Below, in pieces: positions 21,832 to 44,476 of a stretch of 64,000 nt of DNA (the first letter of the stretch is position 1; each line of letters begins with the position of its first letter). Origin of the DNA: the human T2T-CHM13v2.0 reference genome, Homo sapiens; assembly GCF_009914755.1 (NCBI RefSeq), contig NC_060931.1. One strand, given 5' to 3'. A program made the translations under genes and the position numbers. Under the pieces are notes generated by a model. That model saw nothing but the letters and a program-made list of their open reading frames with translations, searched no databases and had not been told where the DNA came from.

Positions 21832-23087
21832 TGACCCACCCTCCTGGGTAGATGGGAATATGGGCTTGTGCCACCATGCTGGGCTAATTAAAAAAATTTT
21901 TTTTGTAGAGATGGGGTCTCCTTATGTTGCCCAGGCTGGTCTTGACTCCTGGCCTCAAGAGATCCTTCTGTCTAGGATTACAGGCATGAACCACTATGCC
22001 CAGCCCATCTCAATATTGGGCTAGGATTACAGGTGTGAGCCACTGTGCCCAGCCCATCTCAATATTTCTTCATTCTGCTGTTGGATTTGATTGATTCATA
22101 TTTGGTCGTGTGTAGAAGACTATTAAAAACTTTTGCCTCAGAAGGCGTAGCTTCATTGTCTTCCAGCATGTTAGTATTGCTAATGAGAAAGCGAATTTGT
22201 AGATGACTTGATTATTTTGTTTCTGGAAGATTTTCGGATCATTTCTTTGTCCTTGATTTCTGGAAATTTTATGGGAAGGTGACTATTTGGATCTTTTTCA
22301 GCTATTGTTCTGTATACTTGAATTTTTTTTGTTTTGACGATTTGTATGCATTTTGACGATTTGTGTGCATTAGTTCTGTTAATATTTCTTGGATGAATTT
22401 TTTTTTCCCCTTTTCATTTCTTTTTTTCTGGGATTCCTGTGGGATGTTCTACCTTTTGGATCGTCTTCTGTGTCTCAGATCTTTTCTCTTATATTTTTTG
22501 TAACTTTTTCTTTTTCTTTTTCTTTTTTCTTTTTTTTTTTTTTTGAGACAGGGTCTTACTCTGTCACCCAGGCTGGAGTGCAGTGGCATTGGCCTCCCAA
22601 AGTGCTGGGATTTTTGTATTTTTAGTGGAGACGGGGTTTCTGCATGTTGGCCAGGCTGGTCTCAAACTCCTAGCCTCAAGTGATTCACCCGCCTCGGCCA
22701 CTGAAAGTGTTAGGATTACAGGCTTGAGCCACGCGCCTGGCCCTAAATTTCTGTTTCTAATCTTAACTGTTTCTCTCAACTCCAGACTTTCATATCGAGT
22801 TACCTATCTTAGAGCATCATATGAATGTCTAGTAAGCATCTTAACATCAGTGTGCTCAAAACTGAACTCCCAATTTTCTGCCCAAGCCTGCTCTACTTGT
22901 AATCCTTACAATTTCAGTAAATGACAACTTTATCCTTCCAATTGCTTGGTCCAAAACACCTTTTGACTTCTTTTTATACAACCCATGTCCAGTCTGTCAG
23001 CAGATTCTGTTTGTTCTACTTTAAGAATAGATTCAGTTTCCAATCACTTCTTACCACCTTCACTGCTACTCCCCTGGTCCATGCCAT

Positions 23088-23845
<758 letters not shown>

Positions 23846-23896
23846 CTGCCATGATATTTTGTCTGGATTAGGACAGTCATCTCACCATTGATTTCT

Positions 23897-25333
<1,437 letters not shown>

Positions 25334-25676
25334 GTGTTTCTGATTCAGTACCACTTGGCCCTCTTCTGACTCCAGTGTACTCTCAACTCAGCAACCTCAG
25401 TGACTGTTTGAAAACTTAGGTGAAGTCACGTCATCCCTCTGCTTAAAACCCTGCACTGACCCCTTCATTCAAGAGTCAATGCTTGAGTCCTCACAGTGGC
25501 CCAGAGATCCTACACGTGTGGCTCTTTGTTAACTCTCTTACCCCATCTCCTTGGTTTCTTTTTTTTCAGTCTTAGTAACCTCCTCTGGGCCTTTGCAGTT
25601 CACTGTTCCTGCCGCCTGGGATAACCTCATGGTTCTCCCAGTTCCTTTGGCTTTGGCTCAAATCTCACTTTATCCT

Positions 25677-27262
<1,586 letters not shown>

Positions 27263-27325
27263 GTCCTTGAGGCCTGCTGCAGTACTGTTTTCTGACCCCC
27301 AAATACCTTTTCTCTTTTTTTTTGA

Positions 27326-27526
<201 letters not shown>

Positions 27527-27654
27527 TGAACTCCTGACCTCAGGTGATCTGTCCGCCTCGGCTTCCCAAAGTGTTGGGATTACAGGTGTGAGCCACCACG
27601 CCTGGCCAACCTGTCCTTTTTCTATACCAGTTCTCATGCTTACTATTGGGAGTT

Positions 27655-28513
<859 letters not shown>

Positions 28514-29255
28514 TAGTAGAGACGGGGTTTTACCATGTTGGTCAGGCTGGTCTCGCATTCCTGACCTCAAGTGATCCAACTGCATCGGCCTCCCAAGGTA
28601 CTGGGATTACAGGTGTGAGCCACTGTGCCCAGCCCATTCTTCACTATTTCTTTTTGCACTTCTCTGTGTTTATTGTTTTTTAATATGTTATTTTCTTTAT
28701 GAGACAGGATCTGAGTCTGTGGCCCAGGCTAGAGTGCATTGGTGTGATCGTAGCTCACTGTATCCTCTAACCCCTGGGCTCGGGGGATCTTCCCGTCTCA
28801 GCCTCTTGAGTAGCTGGGACTATAGGTGTGTGCCATCACACCTGGCTAATTTTTAAATTTTTTTATAACGATGAGGTCTCACTTTGTTGTCCAGGCTTGG
28901 CCTCAAGTGATCCTCCCACCTCAGCCTCCCAAAGTGCTGGGATTATAGGCATAAGCCATCTTGCCTGGCTGATATGTTTACTCTAGTAGGGCAAGGCAGA
29001 TTGATCATCCAAAGCCAAATTAGATTCAGTCCTATGTAAACCCTGATCGGGTGAGAACAACACAAATGAATGATCTCTGTAATGGTGCCCAAGAAAATGG
29101 TAAGAGTGAGGATAGAATTTGTGTTCATGAAGATACATATCAGTCACTGAAAATATTTTTCATGAGGAATGCCACATTCTTGTGCCAACAGGGGTAATGA
29201 GGGTTATATTTGGCTCATTGAAGACTTTATTTGATGTTTTTTTTGGTCCTATTAG

Positions 29256-29357
29256 GGATTCGCAACAGTTCTTGCTGAAGCAGTTACATCCCTGGATCTG
29301 CCTGTGGCCATTATTAATCTAAAAGAATATGATCCAGATGATCATCTGATAGAAGAG
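29256..29357 (+). CDS. TYW1: TYW1 exon 4 (GFATVLAEAVTSLDLPVAIINLKEYDPDDHLIEE)
   Basis: tAG acceptor, GAG|gttggt donor; 102 nt. Confidence 0.95.
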
Positions 29358-30146
29358 GTTGGTAATTGTCTTTTTCTTCAGTCAAAACTCTCAAATTTAA
29401 CTGATCTGCAATCTTCACAGTAAATTTAATTAGATAACTAGAATCTTCAGAATAAATTTAATTTTCGTGCTAAGGGATTTCAGTTAGTTGAATTCCAGTG
29501 TGAATCAGAGAATTGAATGTGGGGTAAGGTTCACTGATTCTCACGTGGTGTGGGGCTTGTTCTTCAGGCATGTTAAATTCTCCTGGGGCAGGGCTAGAGG
29601 TGAGAAAGCTTGGGTGGTTGGAAGTTCACTCCTTCCCACAATTTTCTTTTTTCTTTTCTTTTTTTTTTTTTTTGAGATGGAGTCTCACTATGTCACCCAG
29701 GCTGGAGTGCAGTGGTGCAATCTCAGTTCAGTGCAATGTCCGTCTCCAGGTTCAAGTGATTCTCCTGCCTCAGCCTCCCAAGTAGCTGGGATTTACAGGC
29801 ATGCACCACCATGCCCAGCTAATTTTTTTTGTGTGTGTCTGTGTTTTTTGCTAGAGATGAGGTTTCACCATGTTGGCCAGGCTGGTCTGAAACTCCTGGC
29901 CTCAAGTGATCTGCCCGCCTTGGCCTCCCAAAGTGCTGGGATTACAGGCATGGGCCACTGTGCCTGGCCCCTACTATTTTTATTTTTTTAAAATTTATTT
30001 TATAGAGACAGGCTCTCACTCTCTCACCCAGGCTCTGGAGTACAGTGGTGCAATTTCAACCTCCCGGGCTCAAGTGATCCTCCTTCCTCAGCCTCCTAAA
30101 GTAGCTGAGACTACAGGCATGTGCTGCCATGCCCTGCTAATTTTAA

Positions 30147-30428
<282 letters not shown>

Positions 30429-30690
30429 TGAGTCACCGCGCCTGGCCAAAAGATTTTTTATAGAGATACGGTCTCACTATATTGCCCAGGTGGGTCTCGA
30501 ACTCCTGGCCTCAGTCTCCCAAAGTACTAGGATTATAGATATGCCCAGCCCTCCCCGCTATTTTGAATCTCTTAATTAAGGAAGGGTTGTTATTGATGGC
30601 AGTGTGCTATACTTGTAGACCATGGGCAATCCAACCAAAAGGTCAAAAGCAGAGAGTATGGGTTTCGGAATCAGAGAAATCTCTTATTAG

Positions 30691-30834
<144 letters not shown>

Positions 30835-31104
30835 TGAGTAGCTGGGATTACAGGTGCCCACCACCATGCCTGGCTAATTTTTGTATTTTTAGTAGAGATG
30901 GGGTTTCACTGTGTTGGCCAGGCTGGTGTTGAACTCCTGACATCAGGTGATTTATTTGCCTCGGCCTCCCATAGTGCTGGGTTCACAGGCATGAGCCACT
31001 GCGCCCAGGCGCATTACTTAATATCTATGAGGGTTTAATTTCTTCATCTGAAAAGTGTTCCTCCCCTTTTTTCTCCAGTCATGCCCAGTTAGGGGATTTC
31101 ACCC

Positions 31105-32196
<1,092 letters not shown>

Positions 32197-32290
32197 TTAT
32201 TAGCAAACTTTGATATTACTTATAACTTACCTCATGACTTGGAACTCTTAAGATGAATTCAAACACCAGGCTATCAAGACTAAGGATACA

Positions 32291-32651
32291 CAGGTTGAGA
32301 ATCCCTGAACCGCAAATTGGAAATGCTTTAAAATCCAAATTTCTGGAGCGCTGACAGGAGGCCACAAGTGGAAAATTTCGCACCTGACCTCCTGTAATGG
32401 GTCAAGGTCAAAACGCAGTCAAAAGTTTGTTTCATATATGAAATTGTGAAAAATATTGTATAAAGTTACCTACAGGCTATGTGTGTAAGGTGTATATGAA
32501 ACAAAGGAATTTTGTGTTTAGACTTGATATATCCCCAAGGTACATCATTATGTATATGCAGATTTAAAAAAAAAAACCAAAACAGAAAAAAACCTCTAAA
32601 ATCCAAAAAACTTCCCATCCCAAACATTTTGGATAACGGATACCTAGCCTG
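32291..32651 (+). mobile_element. Tigger4b/MER46-like DNA transposon
   Basis: TIRs caggttgagaatccct ... ggatacctagcctg followed by TA. Confidence 0.7.
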
Positions 32652-34039
32652 TATTTTGTATCCCCGGGATTTGCAACAGTTCTGTTTAGATAATGGTGCC
32701 AAGTGTTAAATTACTTTATGTTTAAAACTTTTTATTGCTTTAATTTATTAGATAATTTTTTAGAGATCTCTCTGTATTTTTTCTTTTCTTTTCTTTTTTT
32801 TTTTTGAGATGGAGTCTTCGCTTCGTTGCCCAGGCTGGAGTGCAGTGTGCAGGGGTGTGATGGTGGCCCACTGCAGCCTCTGCCTCCTGGGCTCAAGCAG
32901 TTCTCCTGCCTCAGCCTCCCGAGTAGCTGGAACTACAGGCACCCACTACCACGCTTGCCTAGTTTTTGTATTTTTAGTAGAGATGGGGTTTCACTGTGTT
33001 GCTTAGGCTGGTCTTGAACTCCTGATCTCAAGTGATCCACCCGCCTCAACCTCCCAAAGTCCTGGGATTACAGGTATGAGCCACTGGGCCCAGCCAACAT
33101 CCACTGCCTTGATATGGATATTCACAGCTTCCTGCCTGAGGAGATGGTAATGGACCTAGAACATGGTTCCCCTATTCCTTGGAGACTTCAGAGATTTAAA
33201 ACAATCTCAAACACCAAATACAACTCTTATTGGGTAAGCAAGGTCACCACATTCCTTGTCTTTCTGACACCACAGAGCAGCTTCCACTCTAAGGAAGCAG
33301 GAACATGAGCTGTTGTTTTCTCTTAAGGTTTGAAACTCAGGTGCCTTATTTTCCCCCAGTGTGTTCTTCCATTAGTAGCCACCGTGCCTGGCCATCTCTC
33401 TGCATTTTTTCCTTTTTTTTTTTTTTTTTTTTTTGAGATGGAGTCTTGCTCTGTCGCCCAGGCTGGAGTGCAGTGACGTGATCTTGGCTCGCTGCAAGCT
33501 CTGCCTCCTGGATTCATGCCATTCTCCTGCCTCAGCCTCCTGAGTAGCTGGGACTACAGGCACCCGCCACCACGCCCGGCTAATTTTTTGTATTTTTAGT
33601 AGAGACGAGGTTTCACCGTATTAGCCAGGATGGTCTCGATCTCCTGACATTGTGATCCGCCCGCCTCAGCCTCCCAAAGTGCTGGGATTACAGGCTTGAG
33701 CCACCGCACCCGGCCTGTATTTTTTCTTGATTGATTTGGATTTTGTTTCCACTGTGGCAAATTAGCGATGATGAGAATGTATAGTCTGGATAACGGAATG
33801 GCGTATATGGTGAAATATACCAGGAGGTATACTGGCAGGAGCAAGGGACTGGGTTTTCTCCCCCGTGCAAGCTGTTCTTGCTGTGTTTCTTAGTCATGCC
33901 CTTCACTTTTGAAGATGAACCATGTTTATGAAGGTGCCCTTTGTTCTTTGAGATGAGTATGCTTTTTTTCAAAGGATTTTCTTCATTGAGATAATTTATG
34001 CCTTGTATGTTCCACTGAAACAATTACTTTCTTGGTTAG

Positions 34040-34234
34040 GTGACTAGTAAAAATGTCTGTGTCTTCCTGGTTGCGACATACACTGACGGCCTACCAACTG
34101 AAAGTGCAGAGTGGTTCTGCAAATGGTTAGAGGAAGCATCCATTGATTTTCGATTTGGCAAAACTTACCTGAAGGGTATGAGATATGCGGTATTTGGCCT
34201 GGGAAATTCTGCCTATGCTAGCCACTTCAACAAG
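34040..34234 (+). CDS. TYW1: TYW1 exon 5 (VTSKNVCVFLVATYTDGLPTESAEWF...YAVFGLGNSAYASHFNK), flavodoxin core
   Basis: 195 nt, AG/GT. ATYTDG and VFGLGNS.Y are flavodoxin/CPR-like FMN motifs. Confidence 0.96.
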
Positions 34235-34275
34235 GTAGGTCTATATTGAATTATAGGAATAAATTCTCCCCATAA

Positions 34276-34341
34276 ACACACACACACGCACACACACGTA
34301 AACACACACACGTGCACACACGCACACACACATAAACACAC
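34276..34341 (+). repeat. Interrupted (CA)n microsatellite
   Basis: cacacacacacgcacacacacgtaaacacacacacgtgcacacacgcacacaca. Confidence 0.9.
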
Positions 34342-34642
34342 ATGTATGTGAAATAATCCACAAACTTTGGTAGCTAGTAATAAATACATTTCTTCTATTA
34401 TTTTATTAATTGATTGATTGAGATAGAGTTTTGCTCTGTCGCCCAGGCTGGAGTGCAGTGGCACCATCTCAGCTCACTGCAACTTCTAGCTCCCGGGTTC
34501 AAGTGATTTCTCCTGCCTCAACCTCCCGAGTAGCTGGGATTACAGGCATGTGCCACCAGGCTTGGCTAATTTTTGTATTTTTACTAGAGACGGGGTTTCA
34601 CCATGCCAGCCAGGCTAGTTGTGAACTCCTGGCCTCATGTGA

Positions 34643-35022
<380 letters not shown>

Positions 35023-35472
35023 TAAAATTATGTTTATTTTTTCAGGACAGGGTCTTGCTTTGTCATCCAGGCTGGAATGCAGTGACCTGATCAAAATTCT
35101 CTGAACCTTGAAGTCCTAGGCTCAAGGGATCCTCCCAAGTCAGCCTCCCTAGTAGCTGGAACTATAGGCGTGCACCACTACCCCTGGCTAATCTTTCAAT
35201 TTTTTTAGAGATGAGGGTCTCACTGTGTTGCCCAGGCTTGGTTCAAACTCCTGGCCTCAAGCAGTCCTACCCACCTCAGCCTCCCAAATTTCTGGGATTA
35301 CAGGCATGAACGTGTCCAGCCTGAGCTCAGTTTTAAGAAATCATGAAATTTTTGGCTGGGCATGGTGGCTCACGCCTGTAATCCCAGCACTTTGGGAGGC
35401 TGAGGCAGGCGGATCACGAGGTCAGGAGATCGAGACCATCCTGGCTAACATGCTGAAGCCCCGTCTCTGCTA

Positions 35473-35661
<189 letters not shown>

Positions 35662-36059
35662 TCAAGGGAAATGAAGGAAAAAACATTCATTGCACTTTAC
35701 ATAATAAAACATTAAATTTTTTGGTTAGTTTTCCCGGGCTATTTTTCTAAATGAAATTAACTTGGCTCCTTTTGCATCCTGTTCTCTACACTTGAAAAAA
35801 TGAAACGATGGAGCCTCTCAGTTTCTTGGTCATTTGCATTGTGTACCTCTTCCTAGGGATGGGCCCTGCCTAGCTGTCTGTCTCTGGTGGAGTGTGAGTG
35901 ACGGTGGAGGTGGGGAGTTTTTTTTAAAAGCTGTTTACGGCCGGGCGCAGTGGCACACTCCTGTAATGCCAGCACTTTGGGAGGCAGAGGCGGGCGGATC
36001 ACCTGAGGTCGGGAGTTCGACCCCAGCCTGACCAACATGGAGAAACCCCATCTCTACTA

Positions 36060-36253
<194 letters not shown>

Positions 36254-36677
36254 TCATTCTATTGTTGTGTCACAATGTAGATTTTGCTCCATATTTTCAT
36301 TAAAAACATTTTTGATTATGTGTTTTTTGAGAGAGGGTCTCACCATGTTGCCTAGGTTGGAGTTCAGTGGCTTGCTGCAGCCTCGACCTCCCTGGGCTCA
36401 GGTGATCCTCCCACCTTAGCCTACTGAGTAGCTGGGACCACAGGCGCCCACCACACATCCAGCTAGTTTTTGTATTTTTTGTAGAGATGGGGTTTTACTT
36501 TGGTGCCCAGGCTGGTGTTGAACTCGGGCTTGAGCATTCTTCTCACCCCGGTCTCCCAAGGTGCTGGAATTATAGGCGTGAGCCACTGCATCTGGCCTCT
36601 CCCCATATTTTCAAATAAATTAGACTATGATTGGGAAAATTCAGATATGTAAATTTTTTTTTTTTTTTTTTTTTTGA

Positions 36678-36788
<111 letters not shown>

Positions 36789-37525
36789 TGAATTATAGGC
36801 ATGTGCCACCATGCCCCACTAATTTTTGTATTTTTAGTAGAGATGGGGTCTCACCGTGTTGGCCAGGCTGGTCTTGAACTCCTGGCCTGAAACAATCTGC
36901 CTGCCTCAGCCTCCCAAAGTGCTGGGATTACAGACATGAGACACTTCGCCTGGCGTAGATACGTAAATATTTTGTTTAATGCCTTGCCACTCAGGAAGCT
37001 TATTAAGTTTTTGAACTCTTAACTATGCCTCTGATAACTCCTGTTCCTCAGCTTAATTGCTTCATATCACAGTGAAATAAATTACTGAGTTTAGGAAATT
37101 ACGAATCTTGCCAAATTGATTACATTTTCATTTTATAACTGAGTAGGCTTAGGCCCCATAGGCTTTGTTACATTTTTGGAACTCATTTATTTTGTTAACT
37201 CCTGTTTTGTTCTTATCATGATATAGAATGGTAGGTTTCAAATTTTTTTTTTTAGTCATTAATCCTTCATTTGATAAAGGGGGTTTGTTTGTCCTTTTGT
37301 TTAAAAAAATAAATCTAAGGCAGAAAAGTAGAATACATAAAATGACCCTCTTCTGGGTCAAGGCTGGAGCTTGAAGGCTTGAAGGTCATTTTGCCAGCAA
37401 TTTCCTCTTCCTTAGCGGCAGCCCATGACCAGGGGCCTCGGAAGGACTTTGGGCTTTTGCAGAGCAGTCTGGAAAACCCTGATTTAGAGAACCGTGCTTT
37501 TAGCCTATCTATCTTTTCCTCACAG

Positions 37526-37816
37526 GTTGGCAAAAATGTTGACAAGTGGCTCTGGATGCTTGGCGCGCATCGTGTGATGAGTCGAGGGGAGGGCGACTGC
37601 GACGTGGTTAAAAGCAAGCACGGCAGCATTGAGGCCGACTTCAGAGCATGGAAGACCAAGTTCATCTCCCAGCTGCAGGCACTTCAGAAAGGGGAGAGAA
37701 AGAAGTCCTGTGGCGGCCACTGCAAGAAAGGCAAATGTGAATCTCACCAACATGGCTCAGAGGAGAGGGAGGAAGGATCTCATGAGCAGGATGAATTGCA
37801 TCATAGAGACACCGAG
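37526..37816 (+). CDS. TYW1: TYW1 exon 6 (VGKNVDKWLWMLGAHRVMSRGEGD...HHRDTE)
   Basis: cacAG acceptor, GAG|gtatac donor; 291 nt. Confidence 0.96.
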
Positions 37817-38345
37817 GTATACCGCCTGTGTGTTCATCTCTCGAGGCTTTCCTCTTCTGCTTGGAGATCTCGAGCTTGACCTCTTTCTCAATAAACCATC
37901 TCGTTGGCTTCTGGTTAGAAGGAAGATCTGGCTGAGTGCAGTGGCTCGCACTTGTAATCCCCACACTTTGGGAGACCAAGGTGGGGGTATTGCTTGAGTC
38001 CGGGAGTTCAAGACCAGCCTGGGCAACATAGCAAGACCCTATCTTTACCACAATAATTTTAAATTTAGCAAGGCATGGTGGTGCATGCCTGTTGTCTCAG
38101 CTACGTAGGAGGTGGAGTTGGGAGGATTGCTTGAGCCCAGGAGTTTGAGACTGCAGTGAGCTGTGATCATGCCACTGCCCTCCAGCCTGGGCAACAGAGT
38201 GAGACCCTGCCCCAAAAACAAAGACAGAAACAATAACAAAAAAAGAAGGAAGATGTGAAACTCATGTGGTGGTGTTTCAGAGAGAGAGAGAGGCCTTAGG
38301 AATTAAGCCATATCGTGCTAGATGCTTTCCAGAATCTCTTCTTTA

Positions 38346-38712
<367 letters not shown>

Positions 38713-40483
38713 TTAACGTTTTCAATTGCTTTACCTCTCACTCACTCTTGTAACCCGACTGGCCAAACCCCAAGCCAGGCTGAAACCATCCCCTTCACAT
38801 CAGCCTTCCCCGTGTCTGCTGCTGATTGTTTGACTATAGATTCACGACCACGGGCTCAAGTTTAGACTCAGAAGTGCTCTACAGGCTCACACCTTCCCTT
38901 GCAGATTCCCCTTCTTACTCTCCAAGTTGACTGTTTCATACTCATTTCCTCCCCAACCCTTCCCCCAGCTCCCATCTCCTGCCTCAGCCTCCTGAGTAGC
39001 TGGGATTACAGGCACGTACCACTACGCCCAGCTAATTTTTGTATTTTTTTAATAGAGATGGGGTTTCATCATGTTGGTTAGGCTGGTCTCGAACTCCTGA
39101 CCTCAGGTGATCTGCCCGCCTCGGCCTCCCAAAGTGCTGGGATTACAGGCATGAGCCACCATGCCCAGACCGTTTTGTAAATTAGAGACAGTGTCTCACT
39201 ATGTTGCCCAGGCTAGTCTCTAACTCCTGGCCTCGAGCAAACCTCCCATCTTGGCCTCGGACAGCGCTGGGATTGGGATTACAGGGGTGAGCCACTGCAC
39301 CTAGCCAAAATATATAAATATAATTTAAAGAGTTTATTTGAGCCAAAATGAGGGCAGCTGTCTCAGACACACTTTGCAGCTGAAGGGACTGCTCCATTAG
39401 CTTTTGTTACAAGCAGGTTTTTAAAAGCAAAGGGAACAAGGAGTGGTCGATACCAAGTTGTTGGACAGAAATTCTCATTGCTTTATAGCGATAATATTGA
39501 TTAGTGATTAGCTATGCACTGTTGAATGACAGGATATGAGGTATGGTGTGCAATGCAAATAGCATTTTATGGCTACCTGGAGTCAGTCAGTCTGAGTCAA
39601 GCCCACAGAGCAGATGGCTTCAAGAGATAATTACTTAGCTCAACAGGAAGTGATATGACAGATGTTTCATTCCAATTTCATTTCAGTCCAAGCTATGACT
39701 GCAATGAAATTGGAATGAAACATCAATTTCAATTCAGGTTATGGGTCCCATAAGTTAAAGAGCTTACAGCCAGTGTGGAGGCTCATGCCTATAATCCCAA
39801 CACTTTGGGAGGCCAAGGTGGGTGGGAGGATTGCTGGAGGCTAGGAGTTCAAGATCAGCCTGGGCAAAATAGTGAGACCCTGTTTCCACAAAAACAAAAA
39901 TTAAAAGTAGACAGGATGGTGGCTCAGGCCTGTAAATCCCTGCTACTCAGGAGGCCGAGGCAGGAGGATCACTTGAGCTCAGGAGTTCAAAGCTGCAGTG
40001 AGCTATGATCAAGCAGTTCTCCTGCCTCAGGCTCCCGAGTAGCTGAGACTACAGACGCCCGCCACCACGCCCAGCTAATTTTTTATGTTTTTAGTAGATA
40101 CCGGCTTTCACCACATTAGCCAGGATGGTCTCAATCTCCTGACCTCGTGATCCACCTGCCTCGGCCTCCCAAAGTGCTGGGATTACAGACGTGAGCCATT
40201 GTGTCCGGCCAAGTAATCTTAAAAATACAAATCAGACCATGTTACCCTCCTGTTTAAAAGTGATTTTTCATTGCTGCTGCTTTCATAAAAACTTCGTTGC
40301 TTAGTGTGACCTTAGCACCTAATCTGACTCTTGAATTTCTCCATTGTCATCCTATTATTCTCTCTCTTCCTCTCCAGCCTCTAGCTACGTGGTCTCCTTG
40401 GTTCTAAAAATATTTGTCAAGGCTGGGCGCGGTGGCTCATGCCTATAATCCCAGCACTTTGGGAATCCAAGGCAGGCGGATCA

Positions 40484-40768
<285 letters not shown>

Positions 40769-41549
40769 TTAGTTCAGGCCAACATCTTTTCTTCCCTAGG
40801 GGATTGTCATACGTTGTTCAGATTTATCCTTGTCTATATTCTTGTTTCCCTTAAATTACCTTCTGTCTTCCCAGTTGAGTGAGCTATTGAAGTGCAGGTC
40901 TGTGTTACTTCTCTGTTCAGACCATGTTAGACGCTTCTCATTCTCTCTTTCCAGGACAGGCAAGATCCTTTGCAGTCCGGCCCACATCTTTCTCTGCTAC
41001 ATTTTCTTCCCATGTCATGTGCTTTATTCTCCATCTGCTGGTACTTTCTGAGTGACTGATAGTAGCTGCATGCCTCCTGGTGCTTGCCTAAGTGACTTTG
41101 CCCATCCCCTTCCAACAGCGTTCCCACATGTCTTTCCCTGGCTGGGCCTGTTTACTTACCCTTCACATTTGACTCAGGTATCGTCTCATTCGGGCAGCCA
41201 CCCGTAGATTTGGAGCCCACTGCATGGCTCCTTTTCGTATTCCTAAACCCTTTCATTAAAGCATTTCCCCTTTCGATGTAGTATCTGTGTGTCTCTTACT
41301 GGATTGGAATCTTTGTGAGGACCAGGGGAATGTGTCGCATTAATTTTCAAGCACTACTGGCTACCATGAGTATATGCAGTGTTCAAGATAACTTTTGAAG
41401 TTTCCCAAGGTCACAGAACCAAGTTAGCAGTTTTGATTTGATTTGATGTGAAGATGAAATAGGTTCCTTTTGGAAAAAGTAAATTCTCGACATGAGTCTT
41501 TCCATTAGAAACTTGAGTCTAAGGAGAAGTTATCAAGAAGAGTCTAGGA

Positions 41550-42070
<521 letters not shown>

Positions 42071-42761
42071 CAGGATAACATGGTGAGATTGGACTAGATG
42101 ATCCCTGATGTCTCTTCTGTGTCTAATATTCTGAAATTTATTGGAAATGATGAGGTAGGAGCATAGGGCACATGGGCAATACGGAACTTCTTGCAATTCT
42201 AGGAAAATGAGTGCATCAGGAGATCCTAATACTGAAGGTATTGTTATATATTTAGACAAACTGGTTGGGAGACACTGGACTAGAAGATCTAAAAATGGAC
42301 TAATTGTTAGCAAGTATGTTTCACGTGGTGTACTTGTCTCTTCTTGACAGCTTGGGCATGAGGCTGGGATATCAGGGTGGAGTTAACTGGCAGAGACTTT
42401 CTGTTGAAGCTGGGCTAAATTAAAGAACACATTCATACACTTATTTCTGGGAACAATTTATTTTGTCATCTGGAAGCAAGGCAGAGAAGACTACTCATTT
42501 ATTGACAAAGCAAAAGAGAACCAGAGAGCCAGCCACAGCGCCACTTCTGTAGTCTCAGGCTTGGTTTCAAATAGGAGAGCGTAAGATCGTCCGTGATAAT
42601 CCTATCATCTGGCACAGGACAGGCGTGACCTCGTCTAAGAGGGGCTGTTTTATTTTGTATTGAACACTTATCAGCAGCATCTGATTATATGACATCTCTC
42701 TGCTATACTGTGGGGCATATTGGCCAGCATATGAAGGTTATTGACATTTTGTTTCTTTTAA

Positions 42762-43611
<850 letters not shown>

Positions 43612-43942
43612 TCATAAGTAGTTAAGGATGAAATGAATGGGTATATGAACATTGTGTTGGGGACGTAGTAGATACTCAGCAAATGTGTCTTCCCAGTGAT
43701 GTCACATTTCCTCTACTTCTGCTTGGTATGTGTCTCGTTCCCCTGAGCCCAGCTCATGTCACTGTGACGTGAGAGGGCAGGTGAAGTGTTAGTTGTTCCC
43801 ACTCCATCATGCCCTTTCACAGTTGTTAGTCTGATGCTAAAGACTTAAGATTTATTTCTTCATTGTTGTTGTTGTTGTTTTTGTAGAGATGAGGGTTTCA
43901 CTATGTTGCCCAGGCTGGTCTTGAACTCCTGGCTTCAAGTGA

Positions 43943-44152
<210 letters not shown>

Positions 44153-44167
44153 TAAAGTAAGAATTTA

Positions 44168-44476
<309 letters not shown>

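Noticed and set aside
22332-22369. 19-nt tandem duplication ttttgacgatttgt(a/g)tgca
   Set aside because: Ordinary slippage event in an old repeat.
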